A DNA stretch of 64,000 nucleotides. Origin: an uncultured Spirochaetales bacterium (GTDB taxonomy: Bacteria; Spirochaetota; Spirochaetia; SPDA01; CAZJBZ01). Under the pieces are notes generated by a model. It was given only the letters and a program-made list of their open reading frames with translations, had not been told where the DNA came from and made no database searches. Location of the stretch: NCBI GenBank assembly GCA_964557375.1, contig CAZKZZ010000005.1:612-64611 (forward strand), written 5' to 3'. Below are positions 27,908-37,310 of the stretch, piece after piece; position 1 is the first letter of the stretch, and every line of letters starts with the position of its first letter. The position numbers and the translations under genes were made by a program.

Positions 27908-29116
27908 TTAAAACAGCTCTGAATCCGAGACGGCGGCCTGTTCATTGGCTTGGCCCTTGGCCTCGTCTGCTGTCGATTTTTGAGCCTGTTTCTGAGTATT
28001 CGATTTACCCGCATTATTTGAATTGCTTCCTTCCGTTTTATTACTCTCTGCAGGTCCGCCGGGGGCCTGCCTCGGGGCCGGAGGGGGAAACATGATTTCC
28101 CGAAGCTGTTCTTCGATCGTCGAACCCACATCAGGGTTATTTTCGAGAAACAATTTAGCATTCTCGCGCCCCTGCCCTATTCGTTCTTCTCCAAAAGAGT
28201 ACCAGCTTCCGCTTTTCTGGATCAGGTTCTGCTTAATTGCTGCATCGAGCAGGCTGCCGCTTGCAGAAATGCCTTTTCCGAACATGATTTCCATTTCTAC
28301 TTTTTTGAACGGGGGGGCAACTTTATTTTTTACTACCTTTACACGCACCCGGTTCCCGATCGCGTCTTCGGTACCCTTTGCAATGGTCTCGATACGTCTT
28401 ACTTCGAGACGTACTGAAGAATAGAACTTGAGTGCTTTTCCGCCTGTTGTCGTCTCGGGATTGCCGAACATTACCCCGATCTTCATTCTGATTTGATTGA
28501 TGAATATCAGGCAGGTTCCTGATTTGGAAATAGTTCCGGTCAGTTTTCTCAAGGCCTGGCTCATAAGACGGGCCTGCAGGCCCATGTGGGAGTCTCCCAT
28601 ATCACCCTCTATCTCAGACTGAGGAGTGAGAGCGGCAACGCTGTCTACTACAATAATATCAACCGCACCTGAACGAATAAGGGATTCAGTAATTTCCAGC
28701 GCTTGTTCTCCGGTATCGGGCTGAGAAACCCATAATTCATCAGTGTTTACTCCGAGGTTACGGGCATATGTAGGGTCTAAAGCATGCTCTGCATCTATAA
28801 ACGCGGCGATACCGCCCAGTTTTTGTGCTTCGGCGATTGCATGAAGAGCGAGAGTGGTTTTCCCGGATGATTCGGGTCCGTAGATTTCGATTACCCTCCC
28901 CCGGGGATACCCCCCTACTCCCAACGCTTCGTCGAGCAGGATCGATCCGGAGGGAATTGCCCGTATCCCTCTGGTATCGGTTCCTTCGCCCAGTTTCATC
29001 AGGGAGCCTTTTCCGTACTGTTTTTCGATCTGTAGCTTTGCTGCTTCTATCGCTTTTAATTTTTCGGTATTTGCCGGGGCCTCTTGTGCCGTATTCTTTT
29101 CGGCTTTTTTTGCCAT
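27908..29116 (-). CDS. recA: recombinase RecA
   Basis: Walker [10 protein letters not shown], the L1/L2 regions and [22 protein letters not shown]. Strong AAGGAGG RBS. The low-complexity C-terminal tail is longer than usual. Confidence 0.98.
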   Translation of the reverse strand: MAKKAEKNTAQEAPANTEKLKAIEAAKLQIEKQYGKGSLMKLGEGTDTRGIRAIPSGSILLDEALGVGGYPRGRVIEIYGPESSGKTTLALHAIAEAQKLGGIAAFIDAEHALDPTYARNLGVNTDELWVSQPDTGEQALEITESLIRSGAVDIIVVDSVAALTPQSEIEGDMGDSHMGLQARLMSQALRKLTGTISKSGTCLIFINQIRMKIGVMFGNPETTTGGKALKFYSSVRLEVRRIETIAKGTEDAIGNRVRVKVVKNKVAPPFKKVEMEIMFGKGISASGSLLDAAIKQNLIQKSGSWYSFGEERIGQGRENAKLFLENNPDVGSTIEEQLREIMFPPPAPRQAPGGPAESNKTEGSNSNNAGKSNTQKQAQKSTADEAKGQANEQAAVSDSELF

Positions 29117-29203
29117 AATGTTCCTCCTTATACAGTATAACCGGAAAACTCCGTCTGGTGCTTCACGTATTACAAAGAATAGTATAGCTAGATTTTTTGA
29201 CGG

Positions 29204-29653
29204 TCAAGATTGTTTTGAATCGATGATTATCGTAACCGGTCCGTCATTTGTGTAGGTAACCTGCATCGAAACTCTAAACCTGCCGGTCTCAGGCGAGAAC
29301 CCGAATTCGCGCAGCCGGTCGTTGAATTTATTGTAGAACTCTTCTCCCTTCTCCGGAGAAGCAGCCTTGGAATATGAAGGCCTTCTTCCCTTTTTAGTAT
29401 CAGCTAACAGGGTAAACTGAGAGACAGTGAGTATTCTTCCATCTGGAAGATCGGTAAGGGATAAGTTCATTTTTCCCTGTTCATCTTCAAAAACGCGCAG
29501 CCCGGTAATTTTACGCGCTACATACGCTATATCTTCCTCCCCGTCATCTTCCGCTACTCCGAGATACACGAGAAGTCCGCGATCGATTTTTCCCGTTACA
29601 GAGCTGCCGACAGTAACAGTACACGAAGAAACTCTTTGAACAACTGCTTTCAT
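29204..29653 (-). CDS. dtd: D-aminoacyl-tRNA deacylase
   Basis: 149 aa with an MKAVVQRV start, the SQFTL motif and NDGPVT near the C-terminus. Confidence 0.95.
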   Translation of the reverse strand: MKAVVQRVSSCTVTVGSSVTGKIDRGLLVYLGVAEDDGEEDIAYVARKITGLRVFEDEQGKMNLSLTDLPDGRILTVSQFTLLADTKKGRRPSYSKAASPEKGEEFYNKFNDRLREFGFSPETGRFRVSMQVTYTNDGPVTIIIDSKQS

Positions 29654-29682
29654 GGTTATTCATCCTTTTTAAGGGTTTAAGG

Positions 29683-30783
29683 TCAGGGAGCAAGATGATG
29701 AACGGAAACACCGATCAAAGTTATACGGTCATTCTCAATATGAATTCGTCCTAAAAGTTCGATCGGATGGCCCTGTTCTAGCGACACTGCAAAATCGAGA
29801 GTTACCGGTACCACCCCTTCTAGGACCTTTTCATCATGATATCCGACAAGAAAATCAAATGCAATCCGTTCTTCGGAGACGGAGAGGTTGCTGATTTTCC
29901 CTTTCCATATAACATAGCAGTTATCGTAGAGATATTTATCTTTATCGACCTCCCTGTAACTGTAGGAAGTTTTTAATGTAGTAAAGGTCGGTGTTCTGAG
30001 GAACCCTTCGAGAAAGCGTACTTTTTCCTTTACCTGCTCTGATGCATTCGACTGCAGAAGTCTGTTTATCTCTTTTTGAGCGGCATTATCGTTGTAATCC
30101 TGAAAATACCGTTTCGCTTTTGTAAAACTCTCGTTGATCTCCTTTTCGGTCAATATGTACCGGTAATCGCCGCTCTCGGAGACGACCGGTTTTGTCTCTT
30201 CGAGTTTCAGCTCCGCGATCTCCTGTGATCTCGGCTTCTTTCCCGGAAGCTCTATGCCGTCACTTTTTTGAAAAAGAAGTAGAACTAACGGAACAATGAT
30301 AATGATCAGTACAATAATCGGGACAATAGGCGGGAGAGCAAATCCTGTTGATGGATAGAGAAATGATATTTTATCGGATTGGACAAAATCTTCTAAGGTT
30401 TTTGAATTGATATGATCCTTTATCAAATGCAGGGCTTTTTTCGCTTTTTTATTCCCGCTGTCTATATCGAGGATTGCAAGGAGATTCAACAAAGCTTCAT
30501 TACTCTCCTGCCGTTTCAAATGGACTGCAGCGAGGGCAAAAAGCGTGTTGATATCTTCGGAGTTGAGCTGATATGCCCGGCGAAGATACGTGTACGCACC
30601 CCCGAAATCTCCCGTATAGAGGCAGGAGACACCGAGTAAATAATAAAACTGTTCGTTTTCGCGGTAACGGAACGTTTGAGGTTCTAATAAACGGAGTACA
30701 TCTGCAAATTTATTTCTGCGAAACAGGAGTGAAGCTTTTTTTAATTCATTACTTCCATAGTGGGATCTCCTACCTGTTCTCAT
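29683..30783 (-). CDS. bitopic TPR protein with uncharacterised extracytoplasmic C-terminal domain
   Basis: N-terminal TPR units, one TM helix (LPPIVPIIVLIIIIVPLVLLLF), then about 190 aa with no recognisable domain. Track start 30804 is a TTG; ATG 30783 is chosen and overlaps the upstream gene by 14 nt. Confidence 0.6.
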   Translation of the reverse strand: MRTGRRSHYGSNELKKASLLFRRNKFADVLRLLEPQTFRYRENEQFYYLLGVSCLYTGDFGGAYTYLRRAYQLNSEDINTLFALAAVHLKRQESNEALLNLLAILDIDSGNKKAKKALHLIKDHINSKTLEDFVQSDKISFLYPSTGFALPPIVPIIVLIIIIVPLVLLLFQKSDGIELPGKKPRSQEIAELKLEETKPVVSESGDYRYILTEKEINESFTKAKRYFQDYNDNAAQKEINRLLQSNASEQVKEKVRFLEGFLRTPTFTTLKTSYSYREVDKDKYLYDNCYVIWKGKISNLSVSEERIAFDFLVGYHDEKVLEGVVPVTLDFAVSLEQGHPIELLGRIHIENDRITLIGVSVHHLAP

Positions 30784-31828
30784 ACCGGGATTTTCGCTTT
30801 TCAAGTTCCTCGATAACCTGATTCATAACTTCGAGTTCAGACTCGCTGACGGTTTCGTCTGACTGAAGTATCTGGTTTATTTCTTTGATAAGGTCCCTGA
30901 CTGTTAAAAGATCTGTTTGCACTGAGAGTTCAGTGTCGCCTGTTTGAGGCTCGGTATTGAGTGTTTTCGTAAAAACATCTGAGATTTCAGTTTTTTTCCG
31001 TTCTCCCGACAAAGAGAAACCCTCTGCCGAATAGTGACCCATAGCCATAACGATTTCCCGTGACTGACCGCGCTCGATTCTTCGGGCATTATAGTATATA
31101 CTCAATGCGCTGTCATTAATCGAATAGGGAAGCTGATTAAAATTCCTCTGAGAATTGACGGTATATCCCCAACCTCCTTCACTCAGCCGTTTCCAGTTTG
31201 CTGCTACTACCCGGTCAGGAGTGGTTATTCCTCTGCCGTTGAGCATAATCTGAAAACCCGGCGTTTTTTCTTTGCCTGCAGACACGATGAAGCCCGGCAT
31301 CGAACGGGAGGAGAACTCAGTTTCGTTCTCGATTGACAAACTTCCATCGGCGAAAAAATGTGTGTTGTCCCGTTCTCCTAGATAGGTGTCAAATACATAA
31401 TTACAGCCGACTGAAAGATTTTGTTCGGAAATATTTTCGATGGTAATGGTAATGGTGATACCATCGGAGAGTGCGGATGAGGGAGAGCTTATAAAGGAGA
31501 ACTCTTCTCTGATTTTGAGCTGATTGGAAGTCCAGATGAAAGCGCCCCCATTCTCCGTCTCTTCTACTTCCTGAGTAAAATTATACGCCTCTCCCATTCT
31601 GTACGTCTTATTACCTTCGAGAACCGTCAAAAATGATGTTCGCGGGTCTTCATCGAGAAAAAGAGGAGTATAGTTTGTCCTTCGCACATCTGTGAGGTAA
31701 TAGAGGCTGAATCTGCCCACATCTTCGTGGAGAATAAGTTTCATTTTACCTTTGGTAAGCTCCAAGGCATATCCCTGCATGACAAAAACAATCATTAGTA
31801 AAAGGACGAGACTGATTATACGCTTCAT
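30770..31828 (-). CDS. secreted hypothetical protein
   Basis: Cleavable-looking signal peptide (MKRIISLVLLLMIVFVMQGYA), a beta-rich body and a C-terminal acidic helix. The ATG overlaps the upstream TAA by 1 nt (TAATG). No domain recognised. Confidence 0.6.
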   Translation of the reverse strand: MKRIISLVLLLMIVFVMQGYALELTKGKMKLILHEDVGRFSLYYLTDVRRTNYTPLFLDEDPRTSFLTVLEGNKTYRMGEAYNFTQEVEETENGGAFIWTSNQLKIREEFSFISSPSSALSDGITITITIENISEQNLSVGCNYVFDTYLGERDNTHFFADGSLSIENETEFSSRSMPGFIVSAGKEKTPGFQIMLNGRGITTPDRVVAANWKRLSEGGWGYTVNSQRNFNQLPYSINDSALSIYYNARRIERGQSREIVMAMGHYSAEGFSLSGERKKTEISDVFTKTLNTEPQTGDTELSVQTDLLTVRDLIKEINQILQSDETVSESELEVMNQVIEELEKRKSRYENR

Positions 31829-32841
31829 TATCTGTTCTCCGTATTGCTTTCAAGCCAATCGATATAAAACTCTTCGAGCTCGAGAGCTTCTTCCTTGAGG
31901 GAAAGGAGGTCCTTCATCTTTTCAATTGATTCGATCTCTCCGGTTTCGGCCGTAACGGCAGCAGCGTCAGGACCGGCTTCTCGGCATGCGGCAAGCTGCC
32001 GTTTTGTTTCACCAAGCTGATTGTTGAGCTCTGCAATCTGTTCTTTTAAAGAAGCTATTGTCTCTTCGAGAGAATCGATCTCAGCCTCTTTCTCGTTGAT
32101 ATCGATTGTCAATTCTTCAATTTTGGCTTCTACACCGCTTTCAGCATATTCGGTGAGCTTTTTCTGATACGCCGCGAGAGCCTGTTCGTAGGTTTTTTCT
32201 CGAATTTGGTACTCTTCGAGTGCTTTTAACGCTTCTTCGTGGCTCCACTTGAGAAATTTCAACAGCTCCTGCTCTCTGTACTTGAGCTGGATGATAGAGA
32301 TACGGTATTTCGATGCTTCTACTTTGAAGCTCGATGGATACTCTTGAACAACATGGGTAAATACTGTTTCTGCATCATCTAAATGGCCGAGTGAATAGAG
32401 AGATTCACCGATCCAGTAATAGGCATTCGCAACATAAGGATTATTTTCAAACGTCTCGATAAAGTTGTAGAGAATCTGAATGGTCTTTTCATACTCTTTC
32501 TGCAGAAAAAGCAGCCGTCCCTTTTGATAGAAGCTCTCCGGATAGAGCGGATGGTCCGGATAGTTTATAAGGAAAAACTCGAGATTTTTTTCAGCCTTAT
32601 CGTATTGATTGAGTGCGATGTACGCTCGAGCAGTCCAGAAGTAGGCTTCACCGTGAAACGATTCCATGTCCGGGTCCACAATTATTTCTCTGAACTGGAG
32701 TATTGCTTCTTCGAAATTTCCGGCTTGAAAATAACCTTTTCCCCTTTCGAGGAGCTGCTCCCCTCTATCACTTTGTGCGGGAAGAAGGCCAATGAAAGCC
32801 ACTAGACAAAAAATGAGAAGGAATGGTTTTTTTACGTTCAA
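31828..32841 (-). CDS. secreted TPR / coiled-coil protein
   Basis: Signal peptide (FLLIFCLVAFIGLLPAQS), TPR units (YbgF/CpoB-like composition), then about 120 aa of coiled coil. The only available start is TTG 32841, with AGGGG 8 nt upstream. Confidence 0.65.
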   Translation of the reverse strand: MNVKKPFLLIFCLVAFIGLLPAQSDRGEQLLERGKGYFQAGNFEEAILQFREIIVDPDMESFHGEAYFWTARAYIALNQYDKAEKNLEFFLINYPDHPLYPESFYQKGRLLFLQKEYEKTIQILYNFIETFENNPYVANAYYWIGESLYSLGHLDDAETVFTHVVQEYPSSFKVEASKYRISIIQLKYREQELLKFLKWSHEEALKALEEYQIREKTYEQALAAYQKKLTEYAESGVEAKIEELTIDINEKEAEIDSLEETIASLKEQIAELNNQLGETKRQLAACREAGPDAAAVTAETGEIESIEKMKDLLSLKEEALELEEFYIDWLESNTENR

Positions 32842-32896
32842 AATTTAAACCCCTGATTAAATTTCGGTTATTATACAACGAAACTGAATTAATTTC

Positions 32897-33571
32897 TTAT
32901 TCTGCAAAGGATTCTCCCTTCAAAATCCGCACTTCTTCCGCAGGATTTTCTGATGCAAAAAAAGCGGACCCGCTGACCAGCACATCTGAGCCCGCTTTTC
33001 GTGCAGTACCGCAGGTGTGTCTGTCAATTCCGCCGTCAACGGAGAGTAGATACGAATATCCGTGTTCTTCACGTAATCTCTTCAGTTTTCTTACCTTTTC
33101 CAAACAGCGGGGAATGATTTCCTGTCCCCCAAAGCCGGGGTTGACCGTCATGATGAGAATGAGATCGAGCATTGGGAGCAGTTCCACTAGATGATCAGCA
33201 GGAGTTGACGGTACAATTGAGATTCCTGCTCGTTTTCCATTATCTTTGATCCGCTGGATCATCCTGTGAGCATGTACCACCGCTTCGAGATGGAAAGATA
33301 TATAGTCTGCACCTGCTTCCGCGAATACGTCGACATGGTTTTCAGGTTTCTCGATCATTAAATGAACGTCGAAAGGGAGCTCGGTGAGCGGTCGAATATC
33401 CTTTACCATTTTGGGACCGAACGTAATATTGGGAACAAACATCCCGTCCATCACATCGAGATGTACCCAATCCCCTCCTGAATCTACGATCTGTTTTACT
33501 CCCGCGGCCATATTTCCGAAGTTTGCCGATAAAAGCGAGGGTGCTACCAACGTTTCAGAACTGCTATTCAT
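32897..33571 (-). CDS. rpe: ribulose-phosphate 3-epimerase
   Basis: Motifs SLLSANF, HLDVMDG.FVPN, HLM, MTVNPGFGGQ, VDGGI. Confidence 0.95.
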   Translation of the reverse strand: MNSSSETLVAPSLLSANFGNMAAGVKQIVDSGGDWVHLDVMDGMFVPNITFGPKMVKDIRPLTELPFDVHLMIEKPENHVDVFAEAGADYISFHLEAVVHAHRMIQRIKDNGKRAGISIVPSTPADHLVELLPMLDLILIMTVNPGFGGQEIIPRCLEKVRKLKRLREEHGYSYLLSVDGGIDRHTCGTARKAGSDVLVSGSAFFASENPAEEVRILKGESFAE

Positions 33572-33574
33572 AAC

Positions 33575-33605
33575 CCTTATTTCTATCAGAAATCAAGAAA
33601 TAAGG
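33575..33605. repeat. 10-bp perfect inverted repeat (CCTTATTTCT ... AGAAATAAGG) with 11-nt spacer
   Basis: Read directly from the sequence. It lies 3 nt upstream of the rpe ATG (minus strand) and 15 nt upstream of the -35 box of the plus-strand promoter. A nested TTTCT-ATC-AGAAA palindrome is also present. Confidence 0.8.
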
Positions 33606-33619
33606 CAATTCCAACAAGA

Positions 33620-33647
33620 TTGACTAAACTGTCTCACATGATATAAT
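33620..33647 (+). promoter_or_regulatory. putative strong sigma-70 promoter (TTGACT-16 nt-TGaTATAAT)
   Basis: TTGACT at 33620-33625 and an extended -10 TGATATAAT at 33639-33647. The -10 overlaps ORF-track ATG 33646, so the real start of the downstream gene may be ATG 33667. Confidence 0.45.
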
Positions 33648-34614
33648 GAATGAATACAAAAAATTTATGGGAGAATCTACAGACACGAAAGGAAAAATAG
33701 ATTCAATTCTGGATACTGCATACAGCCTGTTTCGATCGGGTGAGTTCACTAAGGCATCTGAAATACTCTCTGAGGCGTTGACTATAGATTTTGACCAAAA
33801 AGAGGTTGTTACAGCACTCAAGTGCGCATCCTTCTGGAGTGAGCGTCAGACGAAATTGAGTACGATAAATGATATTGAAAAAAGGGGGAACTATCTTCTC
33901 GAACAGTGGAAGATATTTACCTTTTTCCTCGAAAAGTTGGATGACGTAAGTGAGCAGTGCATGTACGCTATACGACAGTTTGTTTTCGGACGAGGCCTGC
34001 TCGCTTTTCAGGACGTTCTGGAAAAAAAGGGAAGGCATGATTCGGATGTTCTTTTTAAGATCGGAAAATGTTATAAAGGAAAGGGTGACTACGAACATGC
34101 TCTCGAATATTTCGAAGCTACCAGTCATCAAAAACTGGATGATTCGATGATTCTGGCAGAATTGGCGGACTGCTATGCTTTTATCAATGAAGTAAAAGCG
34201 TCGAAAATTTTCTTTCGGGAGGCTTTTTTTCTCGATCCTCAGGGGATCGACATCACTTCATTGGAATCGATGCTGATTCGGCGGATCATTCATAAATTAA
34301 AAAGTATGGGATTCGTATTACCGGAGCTCTTGGAATGGGTGCCGGTCTACGGCGTGCTTTTCGGTGTATTCAATGTGAAGCGGGAGCTGAAACCGCTCGA
34401 GTACGGTAAATTGAAACAGAAAATTGTTGATCTCGAAAGTAAACTGCAGAGTGAAAACGGAGGGGCTGATTTTATCGTGCCCCGGTTATTGAACAGGTAC
34501 TTTTGGATGATCGACCATTTGTTGAGTATTAAAAGTGACAGAGACAAAGTCGAAAAGGTACTGCAAAAAATAAAATCTGTTGATGAATCTATATACAACC
34601 AATACGTTAATTAG
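33646..34614 (+). CDS. TPR-like helical-repeat hypothetical protein
   Basis: All-helical, with TPR-like units (GKCYKGKGDYEHALEYFEATSHQ..., LAELADCYAFINEVKASKIFFREAFFLDP). The start may be 33667 (see promoter feature). Confidence 0.6.
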   Translation: MNEYKKFMGESTDTKGKIDSILDTAYSLFRSGEFTKASEILSEALTIDFDQKEVVTALKCASFWSERQTKLSTINDIEKRGNYLLEQWKIFTFFLEKLDDVSEQCMYAIRQFVFGRGLLAFQDVLEKKGRHDSDVLFKIGKCYKGKGDYEHALEYFEATSHQKLDDSMILAELADCYAFINEVKASKIFFREAFFLDPQGIDITSLESMLIRRIIHKLKSMGFVLPELLEWVPVYGVLFGVFNVKRELKPLEYGKLKQKIVDLESKLQSENGGADFIVPRLLNRYFWMIDHLLSIKSDRDKVEKVLQKIKSVDESIYNQYVN

Positions 34615-34628
34615 AGTGGAGATTTTTT

Positions 34629-37310
34629 ATGGCCGAAACGAAAGTAAAAACAGTAAGTGAACTGCTCAATGAAGAGAAATGGACACGAGCAACAATAAAT
34701 AACTATACAGTAAATAATTTCAAAGAGCTCGATGAAATAATAGATGAAATTATCGATAGCGAGGAAGAGGATGAAATTAAACAGCTCTGCGACGAGCACC
34801 TGACACATACAAAAAACAGCATTATTGCACTCTACATTTCGGGGATTATATCGCTTAAAAAGCAGCTCATTGATGATTCAAATCTAGTAATGCTTATTAA
34901 CATTTTCTCTGATAATCACAAGTGGAATATTGTCGAGTACCTCTGTAATCGTATTTTGAGTTTCGGAGAGAACAAGTTTGCATTGAGAACACTTGCCGAG
35001 TGTTATTCGAATGAAAATGAAGATGACAAGAAATACGAAATTTGGGAACGGCTTATAAAAGTCGATTATGAGGAAGCCGACATCGTCAGATTTATAGCAG
35101 AGAAAAAGGAAAGTGAAAATAATATCGAGGATGCCGTAGAATATTACAAAAAAGCAATCCATCGCTATATCAATAAGAAGCTGTTCTCAAATGTAAAAGA
35201 AGTATGGCATAAGTTAATACAGTATATTCCAGAAGAGATAGATTTTTTCTTCCATGTAGAGACGAAAGTCGCAAAAACGATTAGTGAAGAACGGGCTTCA
35301 CAACTATTAGAAGACCTCTACAGTTACTACAAAGAAAAAGAGAACTGGGACAAAGCTATTGAAATCTTGAAGCGAATTTTGGACTACGATTCGAAAAATG
35401 CATGGGCCCGGCAGGAGATTATTACCAGTTATCAAGGGAAGTACAAAGATCATAGTCATCTCGATGAATACATAAAACTGTCAAATCTCAATCAATCATG
35501 GCGTAATGTACACGATGCTATTGCCGATTTTGAGAAGCACATCGCGTTTGATAGCGGTAATTTTGTGTGTCACCGGTCCTGGGGCATTGGAAGAATCGCT
35601 AAGATCGAAGACGATGAGATCGTTATAGATTTCGCGCGTAAACGCAATCATAAAATGTCTCTCAAAATGGCTGTAAATGCCCTCAGCACCCTTTCCCGCG
35701 ACCACATCTGGGTGTTGAAAGTAATTATGAAAAAGGAAGAGCTGAAAGAGAAAATTAAAAAGGATATTCCCTGGGCATTGAAAACCATTATTCGAAGTTT
35801 TGACAATGCCGCGGACATGAAAAAGATTAAAGCAGAGCTCGTCCCCAGCATATTGACTCAGTCTGAATGGACTTCATGGAGCACACAGGCGAGGAAGATT
35901 CTAAAAACTGATCCGAACTTTGGAAATCTCCCCGACAAACCCGATCAATTCGTCGTGCGCGACAATCCGATCTCCTATGAAGAGAAAATATTCAATAAAT
36001 TCAAAGCTGAAAAGAGCTTTTTCGGCAGACTTCAGACGACCCAGGACTTTTTGGCAAACTCCTCACCGGATTCCGAGTACTTTGCAGAAATGTTCGATTA
36101 CTTTGTCGGTTTTCTCCGTTCCTTCAATACTGTAAACGAGTTTGTTATATCCAGTTATCTCGTAGTCGATAAAATCGTAACGGAGTTTCCTTATCTGAAC
36201 CCGGGGTTGCAAATTGATTTTAATCAATTGATGGACCAGGTATCGGATATTACGGATATTTTTCTCAAAATAGAAAATTCCGAACTGAAGCGGAGTCTCT
36301 TAGAACAGATAAAAGACAATAGGACAGATTGGCCGGACATATTCGTTACATTGTTTCCAAACTATCTGTCGAAATATATCCTCGATGAATTAAAAACAAA
36401 CAAACATGACGAAAAAATATTTAATCTGATCACCACAATCGTTGAAAATTATAAGGATTATCGGGAAGCATTTATCTGGCTTGCTAAGAACTTTCCCGAC
36501 CCGTCATGGTTCGGGAAATTCGACATAAAGTATGAGAAGGTCCTCATTGGGATGATCCATTTACTCGACATCTCCTACAGAGAAATCAATAATCGCACCA
36601 ATGTCGGTTTTAACAGGAAGATAAACAAACAGATTCAAACGTACCTCTTTAAAGACAAACGGTTAGAGGATTATTTTCTCGTTGCCGATGAGGAGAGCAT
36701 CAGCAGGATTTATTCGTTAATTGAAGATGTTAAAGATCTCGATCCTTCGATAAAACTGGAACTGAAACATACCATTATGGAAAAATTTCCGAATTTCAAG
36801 TTTTATGGAAAAGAGGAGAGAGGGAAAGTGACACGGGGTCTTATTGTTACTCCCGATAGTTATAAGCGCAAACAGGACGTACTTCGACATCTTATCGATG
36901 TCGAAGTACCTGAAAACAGCAAGGAAATCGGTACGGCAATGGAGAAAGGTGACCTGCGGGAGAACGCAGAATACAAGGCTGCAAAAGAGAAACAGGAAAT
37001 GCTCAATTCCACCGTTGCAAAATTAAAGGAAGAGATCGAAAAAGCACAAATATTCGATAAAAACAATGTGGATACTTCTACGGTCTCGTTCGGTACTAAA
37101 GTAACATTGAAAAACAAAGAAACTGAAGAAAAAGAAGAGTATACGATACTTGGCCCGTGGGAATCCGACCCCTCTAAAAACGTTATATCGTATCTTTCTC
37201 CTTTGGGCACCGCACTGATAAATCATAAAGAAGGGGAAGAGCTTGATTTTTCCATAAATGAAAGAGAGTATTCTTATAAGATCGAAGGAATAAAAGAAGC
37301 CCAATTTTGA
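34629..37310 (+). CDS. greA: long-form transcription elongation factor GreA (about 740-aa N-terminal extension)
   Basis: The C-terminal about 155 aa is a full GreA: a coiled-coil finger with the acidic tip GDLRENAEYKAAKEKQ, and a globular domain VSFGTKVTL...ISYLSPLGTALINHKEGEE. Residues about 305-360 (GNFVCHRSWGIGRIAKIEDDEIVIDF...) look like a CarD/TRCF RNAP-interacting Tudor-like domain. The N-terminus is made of helical repeats. Confidence 0.85.
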   Translation: MAETKVKTVSELLNEEKWTRATINNYTVNNFKELDEIIDEIIDSEEEDEIKQLCDEHLTHTKNSIIALYISGIISLKKQLIDDSNLVMLINIFSDNHKWNIVEYLCNRILSFGENKFALRTLAECYSNENEDDKKYEIWERLIKVDYEEADIVRFIAEKKESENNIEDAVEYYKKAIHRYINKKLFSNVKEVWHKLIQYIPEEIDFFFHVETKVAKTISEERASQLLEDLYSYYKEKENWDKAIEILKRILDYDSKNAWARQEIITSYQGKYKDHSHLDEYIKLSNLNQSWRNVHDAIADFEKHIAFDSGNFVCHRSWGIGRIAKIEDDEIVIDFARKRNHKMSLKMAVNALSTLSRDHIWVLKVIMKKEELKEKIKKDIPWALKTIIRSFDNAADMKKIKAELVPSILTQSEWTSWSTQARKILKTDPNFGNLPDKPDQFVVRDNPISYEEKIFNKFKAEKSFFGRLQTTQDFLANSSPDSEYFAEMFDYFVGFLRSFNTVNEFVISSYLVVDKIVTEFPYLNPGLQIDFNQLMDQVSDITDIFLKIENSELKRSLLEQIKDNRTDWPDIFVTLFPNYLSKYILDELKTNKHDEKIFNLITTIVENYKDYREAFIWLAKNFPDPSWFGKFDIKYEKVLIGMIHLLDISYREINNRTNVGFNRKINKQIQTYLFKDKRLEDYFLVADEESISRIYSLIEDVKDLDPSIKLELKHTIMEKFPNFKFYGKEERGKVTRGLIVTPDSYKRKQDVLRHLIDVEVPENSKEIGTAMEKGDLRENAEYKAAKEKQEMLNSTVAKLKEEIEKAQIFDKNNVDTSTVSFGTKVTLKNKETEEKEEYTILGPWESDPSKNVISYLSPLGTALINHKEGEELDFSINEREYSYKIEGIKEAQF

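Noticed and set aside
29130-29137. TACTGTAT upstream of recA, resembling half of an E. coli-type LexA SOS box.
   Set aside because: Only one half-site is present, with no matching ACAG partner at the correct spacing. It overlaps a plausible -10 box (TATACT). LexA box consensus also differs between phyla.
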